Assembly: GCA_002104945.1 (NCBI GenBank)
Contig: MCFH01000039.1
Coordinates: 434,001-498,000, forward strand
Direction: 5' to 3'
DNA from: Piromyces finnis finn
Lineage: Eukaryota; Fungi; Neocallimastigomycota
Length of the DNA stretch: 64,000 nucleotides
Shown here: positions 41,044-52,364 of the stretch, piece by piece
How the letters are laid out: each line of letters begins with the position of its first letter
Position numbering within the stretch: the first letter of the stretch is position 1
The notes under the pieces: model-generated
The model's database searches: none
The model's input: the letters and a program-made list of their open reading frames with translations, nothing else
What the model was told of the DNA's origin: nothing
Made by a program: the position numbers and the translations under genes

Positions 41044-42453
41044 AGAAAAATGACATTTTCCAACCCAAGATATAAAACAAAATTTATTAATTAATAGAGA
41101 AAGAAAGAAAGAGTATAATTCCAATGCTGTGATGGCTGAAGACAGGCATCTCAGGAATATTTTTTTTTCAAAGCTGTAATGGCTGAACATAAGACTCTTT
41201 GAACCCTTTAATGTTTTACTCTCTCTCTTTGACACCTTTGTCTAACTTAAAAATTAAATTTTTTAAAAAAATTTTTCTTGATAGGGGAAAAATTTATTAA
41301 AAATTTAAGTTGTAACACCAAAAATTTCTACGTTTGAATAGGAATAGAAGATAAAAAAGACTTTATAACACCTTCTCATGCTCATGCTTAGATCCTTAGG
41401 TTTTATATATAAGAAAAATAATAAAAATATATAGATATAAAAAAATTTTTTTTTATATTATCTATATTATTTTTATTATTTTTTAAAGTATATATATATA
41501 AAAAAAATACAGTTTACATAGAATAAAAAGTGTTAAGGAAATATAACCTATGTAGTTTCTAGAGCACCCTCTTATTATCCAAAAGCTTAAAAAAATAATA
41601 AGAAAAGTGCACTTTTATGGAATTGAAAGGACAGGGGGTAACGTCGTATATTATCAACATATTATGAGTTGACTTTGTCCATTCAACAATTGAATTTGAA
41701 AAAATATTTTTTTCACAAACCTTAATTAATAATAAAATGATATCCACCGGGCGGGTAGGTGATATTATTTGTATTATTAATGCAATAATAATAGAAAAGC
41801 CTATTAAAAATAATAAATATAAGAAGGTAGTTCAATCTATATTTTTTTATGTACTTTTTTCTACCACTTTATATTTATTATTTAAGCCAAAACAACGATT
41901 TTTCCAACACTGTTAAGTCTACTTGGGAGTCAGCATATATTATCCATATAATATGAGTGGACTCTTTCTATTTAAAAAATTGAATCAAAATTTTTTGTCT
42001 CTTGCCAATCACGAACTCTAATTAATAACAAAATAATGATATTTTATCCTACTTGATATTATATTATTTATTTTGTTATACATTTGTTATTCTATAAGCA
42101 AAGAACAGAAAGCTTTAGCACTGCTAATGAATATATAATAAGAAATTAAATAACTTTATGTATATTCTTTATAAAGCTCATGAAAAACCTAGATCAATGC
42201 AAATTCTTAATCATTTCTCTATCAACATGACAATCACGTGATTATTAACAACTATGCAGTCTTCATATGAAAGTCCTGCAATTAATTAACTATAGATAGT
42301 AAATATTCTTTTGACTATACATATATTCCTTCTCAATCAATCTACTCAACCTCTACGGAATTCTCCTACAGAATCTTGCTGATTTATACCACTACATAAC
42401 ATATAAAACATCACATTAATCTATAAACTATGACATACACGTGATTATTAATT

Positions 42454-43023
42454 TGATATAAGTTTCTTTTATGTTGTAGTAATTTAATATTAGTTTATTT
42501 ATAATTTATTATATTAGGTGAAAAATATTTTATTACTATTAACTTCTCTCTTATTAATAATTTCACTTATAATATTTTCTTATTAATTATTAAAGCTCTT
42601 CCCTTTCTAATTATTAATTATTTTTACATGAATATTTTTATATTATAAAATTCCTATAATTGAATATCAATTATATAATGTAATGTATTCATAATATATG
42701 AATAATAATTAAATAGGATATAGTATAATATATTTTACATTTTATATGAAATATTACTATATAAGGAAAGGTAATGTAATACAAATAAGTATTACAATAA
42801 AATTAATACTAATATATAATATTAATATTTAAGAATATAATGAAATATGTACATGAATTCTATAACTAATATATAAATAATGTATTATAATATATATCAA
42901 TTATTATATTATTATTATGAAATATTATATATAAATTTCTAAAGATGAAATTGAATATTTTAAATAATAAAAATTATTTTAAATATTGGCTAATATGTAG
43001 CTAGACATATTAATTTCATATCA
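42454..43023 (-). repeat. 3' LTR
   Basis: TGATAT...ATATCA; matches 49482-50051; short purine tract (AGCAGGGAAG, minus strand) at ~43028-43037. Confidence 0.93.
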
Positions 43024-43363
43024 GAAACTTCCCTGCTAGAATTGAGCTATAATTATTAATTATTTGATATAATTAAAATAATTATATGCGAAATAATTTA
43101 ATAAAATTTATATTGAAATATTTTTATAATTATATAAAAAAAATTAAAAATTTTTATAAAAATTTTTATATTTAAAATTTTTTTTTTTTTGTTTTGTTTT
43201 GTTTATATATATATGTATATATCTTTCTATTATTATTAATAATTAATATAATTATTAATCTACTAAGTTATCAATCTTCCTCTTACTTATTATTATAATT
43301 ATATACTTATATAGTTAGTATATATATATTTTAATACATTTATAATTTTATTTCATTTTATTT

Positions 43364-44270
43364 CTACTCCCTGAATGGTAATATATTTTTAAAATGGACA
43401 TTTCTTTCTAAATATTGTCCCGTCAGTTCATCTTGTAATTTAGCTGTGTTCCAAGATATTTCTCTAATAATAAAAGGACCAATAAAATAGGGTTCTAACT
43501 TGTTTCTTTGTTGGTTCCTAATCTTTACCTTATCCCCTATTTTGTAGTTATTTTTATTGTTCATACTTTGTTGAGCTAATCTTCTACTTTTCCAATAATT
43601 TATCGTCCCTAGCATTTTACTGGCAGCTTGTTTTACCCATTTGGCGTGGTCTATAAATCTTTCCATTAATAATTCTTCTATTGATCTTTCTTCTATACTT
43701 AATATTGAATTTCTTATATTTATATCAATTGGAATATTTTCTGATCTTCCATACAAGAGTTCAAAACTTGAATAACCAGTAGAAACAGATTTACAAGTTC
43801 GAATAGCCCATAATGCAATTGGTAACAATACATCCCAGTTTTCATTGTTATCAGAGATATTTCTTAATTGCTTACCAATTTCTCTGTTTCTGTTTTCCAC
43901 CAGTCCATTAGATTCCGGATGGTATGTACTAATGAAATGAATGTATACATCATAAAGATCTACAAATATTTTTGTGTACTCTGAAACAAATTGTACACCA
44001 TTATCTGTTATTATTAATTGTGGAGTTCCATGCCTACTAAATACTTCAACTAAGAAATTAGTTACGTCTTGAGAAGTAGTAGTTCTAACTGGTTTTGCTT
44101 CCACCCATTTTGTAAAGTAATCCACACATACCATTATATATTTATTCCCAAGTGTGGTTTCTCTTAATGGACCTATAATATCAAGACCAAGTCTAACAAA
44201 GGGTGCTTCTACAGGAGTTCTAAACTTTTCTGTCGGCTTTGGTAATGGCTCAGATTTATTTAACTGACAT
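43364..44270 (-). CDS. pol: Integrase core + GPF/Y domain (continuation of pol after the frameshift at ~44303)
   Basis: CKICQ, GLDIIGP, VDYFTKW, ITDNGVQF, YHPESNGLVENRN, IGPF. Confidence 0.88.
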
Positions 44271-44273
44271 ATT

Positions 44274-47200
44274 TTACATAAAGAGACATATTTTTTTACA
44301 TCTGATTAAATTTTTCCAATAAAATTTGTTTTTGATTCTTTCATAAGTTTTCTGTACTCCTTCATGTCCAATTCTATGCTCTTTTGCAATTATTTTAATT
44401 TTAGTGTAAGGGTCATCAATAATCTCCCTAAAATTATTATTATCCTTGAAATATAATTTATTGTCAATAGTGACAATTTTATCATTTAAAAATTTTTTCA
44501 TAAAATCGGAAACAAATTTTTCGTTCTCCTCCTCGGTAAAATTGGAACTATTGGTTTTGTTGGAAACATCGATATTTTTGATATTATTATTATTATCATT
44601 ATTATTATTATTATTATTAATTTCCAAATTATCCAAATTATTAGCAATAAACTTATTAATGTTACCATTATTCTCATCTTTATTATTATTGTCATTACCA
44701 TCAGAAATAGTAGTGTTAACAATTAAATTCTCTTTCAAAGTTATTCTGGATAAAGCATTAGCAATTTTATTAGCTTTTCCTGGTTGATAAATAATATTAA
44801 CTTTTAATTGACTAAATTTATCACACCAGCGTTGATGTTTCTTTGTATTCGGTTCTCCTTTCTTAATGATGGGAACTAAAGGTTCATGATCAGTATAAAG
44901 AATGGTTTGAAATGGATTCCCTAGAATATATGGTTCAAATTGTAAAAGACAATAATAAGCAGCAGTACCTTCTAATTCAGTAGTGGTATAATTTTCTTCC
45001 GTTTTCTTAATACTTCTACTAACAAAATAAACTGGGTGTTCAATATTGTCATCATATAACTGTAGTAAAACACCACCAATTCCATATCCACAAGCATCAG
45101 ATCTAATTATAAAAGGAACATCAAATTTAGGAAAACAAAGAATTGGTGCATTAACTAGGCAATATATCAGATTTCTGAAACTTTGTTCTTGAATTTCTGT
45201 CCATTCATATTTAATTTTTTTCTTTAATAGTTTGCAAAGAGGAGCTGCAATAGCAGAATAATTTTCAATAAAATTTCTGTAATAACTAGTCATACCTAAA
45301 AATGAACGTAGTTCAGAAATATCTCGTGGTGGGTTCATTTCTTTAATAGATGCGACTTTCTTTTCCAAAGGAAGTAAGCCATCAATAGTAACCCGATGAC
45401 CTAAAGCCTCTATTTCAAGTTGACAAAAAGAACATTTCTCAATATTTAACTTTAATTTGTTATTACGTAAAATAGTAAAAACTTTTCTTAAGTCATTAAT
45501 ATGATCTTCAAAACTGGGAGAATAAATAATAACATCATCTAAATATATTTGAACACATTCATTAATTAAATCGAAAAAGATACGATTCATTTCACGCTGA
45601 AAAGTGGCAGGAGCATTAGTTAATCCAAAAGGCATAACTTTAAAATAATAGTTACCAAATTTAGTGGTAAAAGAAGTTTTATCCATATCTTCTTTGAACA
45701 TAGGAATTTGATGATATCCACTAAATAAATCGATTGTTGAAAAGATTTTTGAGTCTTTAAGTGAGTCAAAAATTTCTTTGATTTTAGGTAGGGCGTATGC
45801 ATCTTTAACAGTTACATTATTTAATTTTCTAAAATCAATGCAAAGGCGCCATTTTCCATTTTTCTTCTTAACCATAACCACTGGAGAAGCCCACGGAGAA
45901 TGAGACGGTTCAATTAGACCTTTATTAATTAGTTTTTCTAATTCTTCTTTTAAACCTGATAATTGAACTTGTGAAATATTATAAGCTTTTTGTTTAATAG
46001 GGCGCACATTATCCTCCAAAATAATGTGGTGTGGTAACAAATTTGATGGTTCCAAATCATCAGAAGATACAGCAATAACATCATTAAAATTTTTAAGAAG
46101 AGAACTAAATAAATTTTTATCAACATCGTTATCAACTTTGATATTAGAAATTATATTATTAATAATATCCATTTTATTATTATTATTATTTTCTATTTTG
46201 TTAAGTCTATTTTCTTCAACTACAGCTAAAATAGTACTAGCGGTTATATCTTCATAATCAAAATAAATATCTTCTACATCATTGGAATAGCAAGAAAGAG
46301 CTTGGGATTGAAATATAGAAATATCTTCAACATCAACAATAGGAATAAATTTATTATCAGAAGATTTCAAAATTAATGTTTTATCAACTGTATCAATCAT
46401 AATGCGATTTTCATTTTGTGTTTTAAATCCAATAATAGCATCATAAAATGAATCGTTTTTATCTGATATTCTAAATATAGAATCAAATTCAATTTTGCCT
46501 ATTTTTACATGAAGTTTCACTAGATCATATACTCTAGCAACATCATCAACCATTGCTTGTCTTATTCTTCCTCTAATTTGTCCTACAATTTCAAAATCTT
46601 TAATTTTATTATCTAAAAAGGAGCGCGTAATTAAATTTGTATTACTACATGCATCAATAAATATAGCTGCTGAATGGGAATTGATTGTACCATGAACAAC
46701 TGCAACATCATGATCGTTTACTTTGGTTCTTCCATCGATATTAATGAAATTATTATTTAATTTATACAAATTATTATTATTTTCATCAACTTCAGTGGTA
46801 CTAATAGTAATATTATCCAACTTTAAATTCTTTAATCCCTTAATTAATTCAGCTTTGGACGTTTTACTAACACCTAAAAGTTGTCCAAAAGTAATATTAG
46901 CTGGAGTATTTAATAAATCGGTACATATATTATATTCTTCTGAATCTTTTAGCATTTGGATTGAAGTTTTTGTTTTTATACTATTAGAATTATCACTAGG
47001 TAATATATTTTCCAAAGTGGATTCTTCATTTATACGCGTGTTTTTACGCGTTTTCTTTACCTTATTAGCTTCTTTCATATCTATATCGGTATTTAAACTA
47101 GTAGTCTTATTTTTCTTTGATTTATCTTCATTTTCTAATTTAAAATTTACTTTCTTGGTTTTATTATTCTTATCAATTGAATTATCATTAATATTATTAT

Positions 47201-47822
47201 TCAATTTTATATTATTATTTATATCTTTTTCATTATTATTATTATCCGAAGTGTTATCTTTAATATTGCTATAATTATTTTTATTATTGATATTGATATT
47301 GTTATTAATATTATTATTATCATTATTATTTAAATTATTATTGTTAAAATTATTACTAGAATTATTAGTATTATTATTGGTATTAAAATTATTATTATAG
47401 ATATCATCAAAATTATTACTAATATTATTGTTAAAATTATTTTCATTTGTAATATTGCTATTCATATTATTAAAATTATTATTATTCATATTATTATTTA
47501 AATTAGTTTTATTCATATTATTAATGTTATTATTAGTGTTAATATTAGTATTAATATTTTTAAAATTATTCTTTTCTCTTTCTGTATTAGGAATTCTGGA
47601 ATATGGATTTTTAGCTTTTAATTTCTCATCTCGATGTCTTTTAGCTGCAGCAACAATAGCTTCATAATTAGGTGAATAAGTAGTTGCTGTAACATCGGGA
47701 TTCATTGTATTATTATTATTATAGTAATAGTTATTATTAGTGTTGGCAGTTTGATTAACGGAAGTTTGCCCTCTTCCATAACCTAGTTTTTTGTATAATA
47801 TGTAGAGTTCATGTGTGGGCAA
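44274..47822 (-). CDS. pol: Pol (Asn-rich spacer, protease, RT, RNase H, start of integrase); likely expressed by -1 frameshift from gag
   Basis: SPWASPVVMVKKKNGKWRLCIDFRKLN, DLFSGYHQI, MPFGLTNAPATFQR, YLDDVII, RSDACGYGIGGVL, YTDHEPL; frameshift at ~44303. Confidence 0.93.
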   Translation of the reverse strand: MPTHELYILYKKLGYGRGQTSVNQTANTNNNYYYNNNNTMNPDVTATTYSPNYEAIVAAAKRHRDEKLKAKNPYSRIPNTEREKNNFKNINTNINTNNNINNMNKTNLNNNMNNNNFNNMNSNITNENNFNNNISNNFDDIYNNNFNTNNNTNNSSNNFNNNNLNNNDNNNINNNININNKNNYSNIKDNTSDNNNNEKDINNNIKLNNNINDNSIDKNNKTKKVNFKLENEDKSKKNKTTSLNTDIDMKEANKVKKTRKNTRINEESTLENILPSDNSNSIKTKTSIQMLKDSEEYNICTDLLNTPANITFGQLLGVSKTSKAELIKGLKNLKLDNITISTTEVDENNNNLYKLNNNFINIDGRTKVNDHDVAVVHGTINSHSAAIFIDACSNTNLITRSFLDNKIKDFEIVGQIRGRIRQAMVDDVARVYDLVKLHVKIGKIEFDSIFRISDKNDSFYDAIIGFKTQNENRIMIDTVDKTLILKSSDNKFIPIVDVEDISIFQSQALSCYSNDVEDIYFDYEDITASTILAVVEENRLNKIENNNNNKMDIINNIISNIKVDNDVDKNLFSSLLKNFNDVIAVSSDDLEPSNLLPHHIILEDNVRPIKQKAYNISQVQLSGLKEELEKLINKGLIEPSHSPWASPVVMVKKKNGKWRLCIDFRKLNNVTVKDAYALPKIKEIFDSLKDSKIFSTIDLFSGYHQIPMFKEDMDKTSFTTKFGNYYFKVMPFGLTNAPATFQREMNRIFFDLINECVQIYLDDVIIYSPSFEDHINDLRKVFTILRNNKLKLNIEKCSFCQLEIEALGHRVTIDGLLPLEKKVASIKEMNPPRDISELRSFLGMTSYYRNFIENYSAIAAPLCKLLKKKIKYEWTEIQEQSFRNLIYCLVNAPILCFPKFDVPFIIRSDACGYGIGGVLLQLYDDNIEHPVYFVSRSIKKTEENYTTTELEGTAAYYCLLQFEPYILGNPFQTILYTDHEPLVPIIKKGEPNTKKHQRWCDKFSQLKVNIIYQPGKANKIANALSRITLKENLIVNTTISDGNDNNNKDENNGNINKFIANNLDNLEINNNNNNNDNNNNIKNIDVSNKTNSSNFTEEENEKFVSDFMKKFLNDKIVTIDNKLYFKDNNNFREIIDDPYTKIKIIAKEHRIGHEGVQKTYERIKNKFYWKNLIRCKKICLFM
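47745..47792 (-). promoter_or_regulatory. Putative -1 programmed ribosomal frameshift signal (slippery heptamer + H-type pseudoknot)
   Basis: A AAA AAC (47792-47786) in the gag frame directly before TAG; 6-nt spacer; stem 1 ATGGAAG/CTTCCGT; stem 2 GGCA/TGCC; pol is in the -1 frame. Confidence 0.75.
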
Positions 47823-48712
47823 AATCTGGCAATATGACCTGGTTCATGGCAGAAATAACAGGTCTTTATGTGTAAGTTCTGCATTCCGTTAATCAAATCA
47901 TTCATTTCATCATTTTGATTATTAATGCTAGTAGTTAATCTTGTATTATTATTAGAATTTGATATATTAGAATATTGTGTACTAGCACCATTATTCATAC
48001 TATTATAGCTTTTACTATAATTAACATTATTACCATTATTATTACTATTATTATTAACATTATTATTTACTTTAATATTATGTGGAGGATTGTAATTATT
48101 GTAATTATTCGAATATCTAGGCCTACTATAAGTATAATTCGAATTATTATAATTGTTATTATTAGTACGACGGTAGTTCATAGACGAAGTACTAGCTCTA
48201 AGATTTGGACCATTATGAATTTCATAATATCTTTCAGCAATCCCCATAGCATCTTCAATTGATTTTGGATCTGCGAATGCAACCTTTTCATAAACATCAT
48301 CTTGTGCAACTAGAGCGAATTCATAGTCATACACAGAAATCTTGTCTTTGAATTCATCTGGCAGATCATCATAAAGCTTCATAAACTTTTTATCAAATTC
48401 TAATACATTTTCATTAACTTCAATTTTTAACATTTTTAATTTCCTAAATTTGGCAGCTTTATCATTGTTTGAATGATATTTCTTCATAAGTATTACTTTA
48501 CATTCATTAAGAGATAAGTCTCTATTTACTTTTCTCCTATGTTCCAGAATCGCTTTGGTAGCTTCTTCACGCGTACTAGCCAAAATATAACGGTAGATAT
48601 CTTCATTAGCTACCTTTTCTATAGCTAACCAATTTTCTAAAAGATCCACCCAGGTATCTACATCTTGGTTAGTTCCTCCAATTGTTGGAAGTGGAATTTT
48701 AAATTCACCCAT
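47783..48712 (-). CDS. gag: Gag with C-terminal CCHC zinc knuckle
   Basis: 309-aa intact ORF; CYFCHEPGHIARFC. Confidence 0.9.
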   Translation of the reverse strand: MGEFKIPLPTIGGTNQDVDTWVDLLENWLAIEKVANEDIYRYILASTREEATKAILEHRRKVNRDLSLNECKVILMKKYHSNNDKAAKFRKLKMLKIEVNENVLEFDKKFMKLYDDLPDEFKDKISVYDYEFALVAQDDVYEKVAFADPKSIEDAMGIAERYYEIHNGPNLRASTSSMNYRRTNNNNYNNSNYTYSRPRYSNNYNNYNPPHNIKVNNNVNNNSNNNGNNVNYSKSYNSMNNGASTQYSNISNSNNNTRLTTSINNQNDEMNDLINGMQNLHIKTCYFCHEPGHIARFCPHMNSTYYTKN

Positions 48713-49461
48713 TATTGAATTGAAAATAGAATAAATAATTAAATGGTAATATTATATGAAATAAAAAAAAATAAAATAAAAATAAATGTAATTCTTAATT
48801 ATAAGATTAAAATAATGTAAATAATACAATATTTTAATTCTCTTTAAATAAAATAAAATAAAATAAAATAATTAAAATAGTTAGAATTAAAATAAGTAAG
48901 AAGATACAATATTTTAATTCACTTAAAATAATATGAAAATTTCTTTAAAATAAAACTCACTATAACTAATATAGTTGGTAGTAAGCTTAATCAGATATTA
49001 TAAAATAAGTAAAAATATTATAAAATATGTAATAATAATTCTTAAATATAAAATTCTTTATATATAATATAATGTTATATAGTAATATAACATAAAACTT
49101 TTCAAACTATTGAATAAAAATAAAATAAATAATCTACCAACTAATAAACATATATGAATAAAAGATTAATCGTTTTTATTCTGGTCCGATTTCCCCAGTT
49201 TCTCTTATTCAATTATATAAAAATAATAAAATTGTATTAATAATAATATTCTTGTGGATATTAGAATATAGCTTGACTAAAGTAAATACTCTAAATTTCA
49301 CAAAATACAAAGGTAAAATAAAGAAAATAAAAATAACAATTAATTCAATTCAATAATATCGCGTTTATTTTCCACTTAATAATAAAACACTCAAACTAAA
49401 TAATTAAATTCACCTATATTATAGATTTAATTAACTAATATTAATATCTTTTATTCTACAA

Positions 49462-49478
49462 CCTCACACTTCGCACCA
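49462..49478 (-). promoter_or_regulatory. Primer binding site TGGTGCGAAGTGTGAGG
   Basis: 3 nt downstream of the 5' LTR; complementary to a tRNA 3' end ...CTTCGCACCA, which resembles yeast tRNA-Phe (...UUCGCACCA). Isotype tentative. Confidence 0.8.
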
Positions 49479-49481
49479 ATT

Positions 49482-50051
49482 TGATATAAGTTTCTTTTAT
49501 GTTGTAGTAATTTAATATTAGTTTATTTATAATTTATTATATTAGGTGAAAAATATTTTATTACTATTAACTTCTCTCTTATTAATAATTTCACTTATAA
49601 TATTTTCTTATTAATTATTAAAGCTCTTCCCTTTCTAATTATTAATTATTTTTACATGAATATTTTTATATTATAAAATTCCTATAATTGAATATCAATT
49701 ATATAATGTAATGTATTCATAATATATGAATAATAATTAAATAGGATATAGTATAATATATTTTACATTTTATATGAAATATTACTATATAAGGAAAGGT
49801 AATGTAATACAAATAAGTATTACAATAAAATTAATACTAATATATAATATTAATATTTAAGAATATAATGAAATATGTACATGAATTCTATAACTAATAT
49901 ATAAATAATGTATTATAATATATATCAATTATTATATTATTATTATGAAATATTATATATAAATTTCTAAAGATGAAATTGAATATTTTAAATAATAAAA
50001 ATTATTTTAAATATTGGCTAATATGTAGCTAGACATATTAATTTCATATCA
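49482..50051 (-). repeat. 5' LTR
   Basis: Matches 42454-43023; followed on the minus strand by the PBS. Confidence 0.93.
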
Positions 50052-51339
50052 AATTTGACTAACAAGAGAACAATAACTTTAGATATATCATCCTATTAAA
50101 ATAAATACTATAGGATGATATGACTCTTTATTTATTATAAACATTGCCAACTTGCCAACACACTAAATAAATAACAAAATCCTTTCTAATCACATTTCTA
50201 CCACTTGAACCATAAATCTATGCAAATGAGATACACGTGATCCTCTTTTGAATATAAATAATCACTCTTTATTAAATGACTGATAAAAATAGGAATTACT
50301 ATATCTATCTTTTAGTACACTTTATTTCCTATATTACCTAAAGACGAAACTCTTTTTAATAACAAACACCTGAATAAACAATACATGACCAACTATCAAC
50401 CTCTTCACATAAATCTATGTTTTATTATTAATTATAAAATGTTTTCTTTGTTTATTATTAATACTTAACTATCATTTTAGTTATTTATTAATATATACAA
50501 AAAAAGATATTTTCTATAACTAATAATAATATTATTAAGCTATACTTATGTACTAAATTATAGTAAACAAGCAATACCCAAAAAATTTCTTTTTATATTA
50601 AATTGTATACAAAAAGCGCACATAAAATTTCTTAATGATACCCATTGTACAACTTTGTTTCTACAATCTTGTAATGTATACAGTATTGTATAGTAATATC
50701 TTATAATATTCTACATTTGTAAGATTCTTTACATTACCTATACATTATTCATATCTTAAATACGCCTTACATTATCAACTTTTTCATATTTATTATCACA
50801 AAAAGGTATATACTTACGTAAAGTGGCGTATGATCCTAGGTTTTTATTCTCTTTGATGTTTTCTTGTTATGTTACTACCTAGTGGAAGTGGCGCATTATA
50901 GAAAATATCAGTTTATTATCTCTCATGATTAAATTGTTTTTTCTCAAATTTTCTTTATTCTATAGTTAAAAACACATGTATTTTATTTCTTTTAATTCAT
51001 GTAACTTGCTTTTATTACTTGTGCTAATAAATTTAGTACAAATCACAAGTATTTAATTACATAAATAATTAAATAAAATAAAAGAATTTAAAACCTAACC
51101 CCTCTTTTCAAAAATTTTCTTTAATTTATATTCATATATTGCAATATATTATACATATTATATTAAATATATTCTTTATTTAATTATCATTTTATTTCAT
51201 ATTTCACCTATAACTATATATTGATTTATATTTAATATATATATTATTTCAATTTGTTATATAATTATACTTTTTAATATACAACTTATTTTATATTATT
51301 TCAATCGTTTGGTATTCGATTTTTTTTTGGCGTAGCGAT

Positions 51340-51689
51340 TTTACGAATACTAGTGGAATCTTCAATTTCAAGTGATCTTGAAATTGTGAAATTACTTCTA
51401 AAAAAACAGAAATTTTATTATTATCAAATTTTAAAGAACATCAGAAACATTAAAAATTCAAGTAACAAGACCTTAACCCTTTTAGAAATTATTATAAACA
51501 CCTTTAACTCTTAAGGTCATAATTCTATAACAAAAAACATACATAACTCAACAACGAATGGCAATTTTGGATAATTGTGTTTTCGATAATTTTACGTTCG
51601 TTAGAAAGCCACGCTCAAGAATTACAACATATGTTAATGCGAGTATGATATCTCTGCTGGTTCACGGGATATTATGGTTTAAAGATAAT
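51340..51689. mobile_element. LTR-D remnant, inverted relative to 34556-35685
   Basis: Reverse complement matches ~35320-35680 (CGTTCGTTAGAAAGCCACGCTC, GATATCTCTGCTGGTTCACG, GAATACTAGTG). Confidence 0.7.
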
Positions 51690-52364
51690 TGTAAAGATGT
51701 AAAATAATTAAATAATAAATAATTTTAAAATATCAGAGTTAAAAATGAAATTTGGATAAATATTCAAATTAGATCTTAAATAGCTTTTATTTAATTAAAA
51801 TTAATTTAATAAAATATTTAAACTATAACTATTTTAGTAAAACTAAATAGGCAATTCAAATCAAGTACTATTCACTTTGAATATGTGATCAAATATTATT
51901 TATATTATATTATTTATATACTATTTATCTATTTCTATCAAAAATAATAATAAAACTATTAATACTAACCTGTTAAGGTCTTTTCGTGTTTTGATAGTTG
52001 TTTTCTAGGGAGTTGTTATTTTAAAGAATCGTTTTGGCAATAAAAACTAAGAAAATAACACTTAATTAAATAAAACACAAAATTATCAAAACACAAAAAG
52101 ACCTTAACAGGTTAGTATTAATAGTTTTATTATTGTTTTTGATAGAAATAGATAAATAGTATATAAATAATATAAATAATACTTGATCACATATTCAAAG
52201 CGAATAGTACTTGATTTGAATTGTCTATTTAGTTTTACTAAAATAGTTATAGTTTAAATATTTTATTAAACTAATTTTAATTAAATAAAAGCTATTTAAG
52301 TGTTATTTTCTTAGTTTTTATTGCCAAAACGATTCTTTAAAATAATAACTCCCTAGAAAATAAC
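51690..52364. repeat. LTR-A/LTR-B chimera with crossed inverted duplication (A-B-A'-B')
   Basis: A 51775-51996 / A' 52084-52300; B 51997-52065 / B' 52296-52364; few mismatches. Confidence 0.85.

Larger units (their letters stand above)
32200..41100 (+). mobile_element. Non-LTR retrotransposon (LINE, APE-RT type), decayed; boundaries approximate
   Basis: ORF1-like region, then ORF2 with AP endonuclease, RT and a C-terminal CCHC-like motif. Confidence 0.88.
42454..50051 (-). mobile_element. Full-length, young Ty3/Gypsy retrotransposon, 7598 bp, no chromodomain
   Basis: Two 570-bp LTRs with no difference seen by eye, TSD AATT, PBS, gag, pol, PPT. Confidence 0.95.

Noticed and set aside
41300-42200. 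Possible pseudogene and AT palindrome after the LINE
   Set aside because: No recognisable protein motif; the inverted repeat at ~41410-41480 is composed almost only of A/T and is expected by chance.
44446-48262. Hydrophobic antisense ORFs (e.g. 46723-47274, 44446-44787, 47975-48262) as env-like or membrane genes
   Set aside because: They are reverse-strand shadows of AAT/AAA-rich pol and gag codons and give Leu/Ile/Phe-rich text without recognisable motifs.
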